Shown one piece after another: positions 60,678 to 64,000 of a stretch of DNA of 64,000 nt. The notes below the pieces were generated by a model. The model saw nothing but the letters and a program-made list of their open reading frames with translations. It was not told the origin of the DNA and ran no database searches. How positions within the stretch are numbered: the stretch's first letter is position 1; each line of letters opens with the position of its first letter. The DNA is from the human T2T-CHM13v2.0 reference genome, Homo sapiens. Location of the stretch: NCBI RefSeq assembly GCF_009914755.1, contig NC_060947.1; one strand, written 5' to 3'. The translations under genes were made by a program, and so were the position numbers.

Positions 60678-61651
60678 AATGTTATTATCATATACTTTCA
60701 ACAGGACCGATACTTATATTTCCTGAAAATAATAATTTTATTTCAACAGTTTAGATGAAAGCAATATAGTTCCTTGCCAGTACAAATAATATTTATTCTA
60801 AAGCACAGATTGTATGATTGGTACTCAAAATTTTCTGTGATTACTTCAGAACTGTGTTAAATTAAGCAGATAGTTTCTTGAATATTGAGGCTCTATGAGT
60901 ATATTAATGTTTTTCTCTAATGGTTAGTACCCCAGAGAGGGTATACAGCAAAGTTCTTCATAAAAGTTACTTAGTTATCATTTTGGTAATATTGTGTTTC
61001 CAGGAATAAAAATCAGTTGAAAATATCAATGTCTGAAATCAGTAAAATGAAAAAACTAATTATGCCATGTCAGGAATTCATTTAAAATGATTTAATGTTG
61101 CTTTTCAATATTCTAAGGCTAAAGAGAGTTTACATTTTAAGTTGTAACAAATTTTTGGAACTTCCAATGTATTAAGTAGCTGACTGGAGAAACATCAGAA
61201 ATAAGAATAATAAATTTTTAGAAAATGATATTAGGTTCACTCATGACACTCATCTTCTATCACCCATAAAATAACTCTAATGTTATTAAAAAATGAGAAC
61301 ATGGTGCATCTTAGCAGCTTATTAGATTAATTTGGGATCTAAAGATCCTAATTCCATGTTTGGCATGTAAAATGTAAGTTCAAATTAATGAATATTTATT
61401 GTGATCCTACAATGTGCAGAAAAACAATGCTAGTTTGTTTCCCTAAAAGGGCTTATAATTTAGTTTGAAAAGGTCCCACGGTGAAAAAGAATCAGTTCGT
61501 TGAAACAGTAATTAGAAGAAACTGAAAGAAAATCAGCTACCATCGTCACTGAAGTGTCAAAACTCTTAGGCCAAATAACAAAAAATTACATTTCCTTGAA
61601 AACCTTCTACACCTAGTGAAAATCTTGTAAGGTGAAAAGCTTCCATGGGTT

Positions 61652-62071
61652 CACCAGAACTAGCTCATACTGGCCATGAGAGCTAATTTTTAAATTTTCA
61701 GAAATTTTGTTGAGACAATTGTGAAAGACAGATATTATTAAAACTTAACTTACATAAACTTACAATTAAATACATTGTATTAAAAATAAAGGTAACGAAT
61801 AACCCAAACTCATTACTTCCTAATTATTTTGCTAAATTTTTCTGTGATCCATTTTCTTGACCTTGTTAATATCTCTTTTATGTGTGTGGTGAAAACGTTA
61901 TGTGATGACGTGCTACTGCACACCTCTTCCCAATTCTGCATTCAGTGATGTCACGCTGGTGGCTTGAAATCAGCCACGGTGGGAGTATTTACACCATGGA
62001 AGTTGGTAAATGCTACAAATCACAGCTTGTTGTTTCAGAGAGGCAGTTGCTAAATATTTATCAGCACACCG
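61652..62071. mobile_element. MER63B-like hAT-Blackjack element
   Basis: 'ggcttgaaatcagccacggtgggagtatttacaccatggaagttggtaaatgctacaaatc...gctaaatatttatcagcacac'. Confidence 0.8.
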
Positions 62072-62199
62072 TTTCCTATACAGCACATCAGGCTGGAATT
62101 CTAGGTCTGAAGAAAACTTGAAATTAAATACAAAATATCTCATCAGGCAGGTGAGTAGAGTGTCTCTGAGAGCGCTTTGGGGAAGGAAATTGGGGAAGA

Positions 62200-64000
62200 T
62201 AGGTCATATTCCAGATGAGTTAGTCAGAGTTCATGATCACTTGGTGAGCCAATGATCAGGCACTCCGTCTCTACTAGGGTATACCTGCAGTTATTTCTTG
62301 AAAGATGTACATGACATGGCTTTTCTCCAGAAGCCCAGGGGTCTATGTTGTGTTGTCTGATTGGAGTTAATGTCACACAATTTTTACCACTACTGATACT
62401 TCAAATACCATAAAGTCTGCCAGGTCATATGCCCCAAACAGCAGGGCTAATTGCATCATACCCTTGACCTTCTGCAGAGCTTTTTCCTGCTCTGAGCCCC
62501 ATTAAAGCTGGAAGACATTAATGTCACCCAATATATGAGTCATAGCATTATTCCAAGGTGTGAGCATATTCCAGGTGCCTCCAGAACCCAAAAAGACCTG
62601 TAAGGTGCCATGCTCCTTCGTGGTGTGGGGGGCAAGATGAAAAAATTTTTTGTGGTTGAGGGGATGTCATGACATACCCTATGATACTGAAGTTCTAAAC
62701 CTTTTGTTGATTTTGTGGCAGTCCCTTGATTTTTCATAGGGTTTATCTCCAGCTTTCTGAAATGGATGTATCTTAACATTTGGAAATGTCGTAGGCACTT
62801 TTTGCTTAACCAGTCAAATTTACAATAGAGTAGACCATCAGGATGTTCCCTGGGATGTGTAGCTGATCTAGGTCTCTTTGGACTATTTTAGGATGGAGGA
62901 CAGGAGAATTAACGTATCCATGAAGTACGACTGTAAATGCATTCTGTTGCATGCTCCAAGGAAATATAAACTTTCTGATCCTCTTTTCTAATAGGGAATA
63001 GAAAAGAATGCATTCTGCAGATCAACAGCTGTATACAACGCACCTGAGGTCATGTTCATTTGCTCTAGCAATTATACTCCATCTGGCATAAGTAGCTGAT
63101 GTTGGAGCTACTATTTGGTTGAGTTTGCAATAGTCTACTTTTATCTTCCAGGATCTGTCCAGGTTTTACAAGGACTAGAATGCCGACATAAGTGGAGATA
63201 TGATGGGGACTATCATCCCTGCATCCTTTAGGTCTTCGAGGGTGGCATTAATTTCTTCCATTCCCCTCCTACCCCAAATTAGTTGTTGGGTTTGATTTAC
63301 AATCTTTGATGTGGGAGATAAAATTTTAGAAAGTTCCGCTTGGCCTTTCTCACTATAATAGCTCTCATCCCGGAGGTTGTGCCAACTACTAAGGATGTCC
63401 ATTTCAATTATACTTTTGGGGCCAAGAAAATGATCACTGAGCAGATCTGTAGACCACGTGAACAACTGTCATCCAGATCTGGGCTATGACTCCATTTATT
63501 ACCTGACCTCCGTTTGCCCCCTCTAACAGGGAGCTCATAATGATGCTTCAGGTATGCAGGTATCAATGTCAACTTGGATTCTGTGTTCAACAGTCCTCAA
63601 AATGTTTGGATATTACTCCTTCTCCAGTGTACATTTACCTAAGCAAATGGCTATGGGCCCCTCTAGGGATGGACTGGGGGAATCATTACTGATGCACTTT
63701 GCATAGTGTTGCAGGGTCCTTCCTTCCAATAACTTACCTCTCCTTCAATCAAGAGATTCTGGTTCCAAAAACTGACTTAAGTCCAGGAACTTTTACTGGG
63801 GTGACTGTGCTCAGCCACCTGATCATCTATCTCTGATTTCATTTGATTTTGTGAATTGAGCAGCTGCCTTCTGTTTTTTCCCTAATGATGCTGTGTTCTG
63901 TTAAACATCACCATTACTCTTTGAAGGTCAGGGCTCCTTGGCTCTTGCTCCAAACTTGTTGCTCATCCCTACAATTATATCAACTTGGCTTTTGATGATT
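62200..64000 (-). mobile_element. Degenerate ERVL internal region (gag end, protease, RT), running off the right edge
   Basis: Minus ORF 63175..63465 reads 'MEEINATLEDLKDAGMIVPIISP'. The minus strand also reads 'YTAVDLQNAFFSIP' (~63035-62995) and 'HGYVNSP' (~62922-62902), which are ERVL RT motifs. The YxDD motif has decayed. Confidence 0.85.

Noticed and set aside
53358-64000. MLT2 LTR and the ERVL internal region as one provirus
   Set aside because: Orientation is compatible, but more than 8 kb of unrelated sequence separates them and the MLT2 is inserted on its own within an L1.

Overview
This is primate genomic DNA (probably hominid, from an L1PA2-type 3' end), AT-rich and made mostly of transposable-element remnants. 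I can support no host protein-coding gene, RNA gene or CRISPR array. The long ORFs are broken LINE-1 ORF1/ORF2, Tigger1 transposase or ERVL pol, or antisense shadows of these. Bases 1-17.7 kb are a nest of three L1s: a full-length L1PA4-like element inside an L1PA8-11-like element inside an older L1. That nest also holds a THE1 solo LTR and half a MADE1. Bases 38.9-45.1 kb are a second nest (Charlie1a > Tigger1 > L1MA2). The rest is old L1M, L2, MIR, MER, MLT, Alu and ERVL debris. Signals that repeat names do not explain are a 154-bp inverted duplication (34792-34945 / 36362-36515), several long hairpins or palindromes, and micro-rearrangements inside L1s. Subfamily names are from recognition by eye and need RepeatMasker/Dfam confirmation. 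I see no evidence of a novel coding system.
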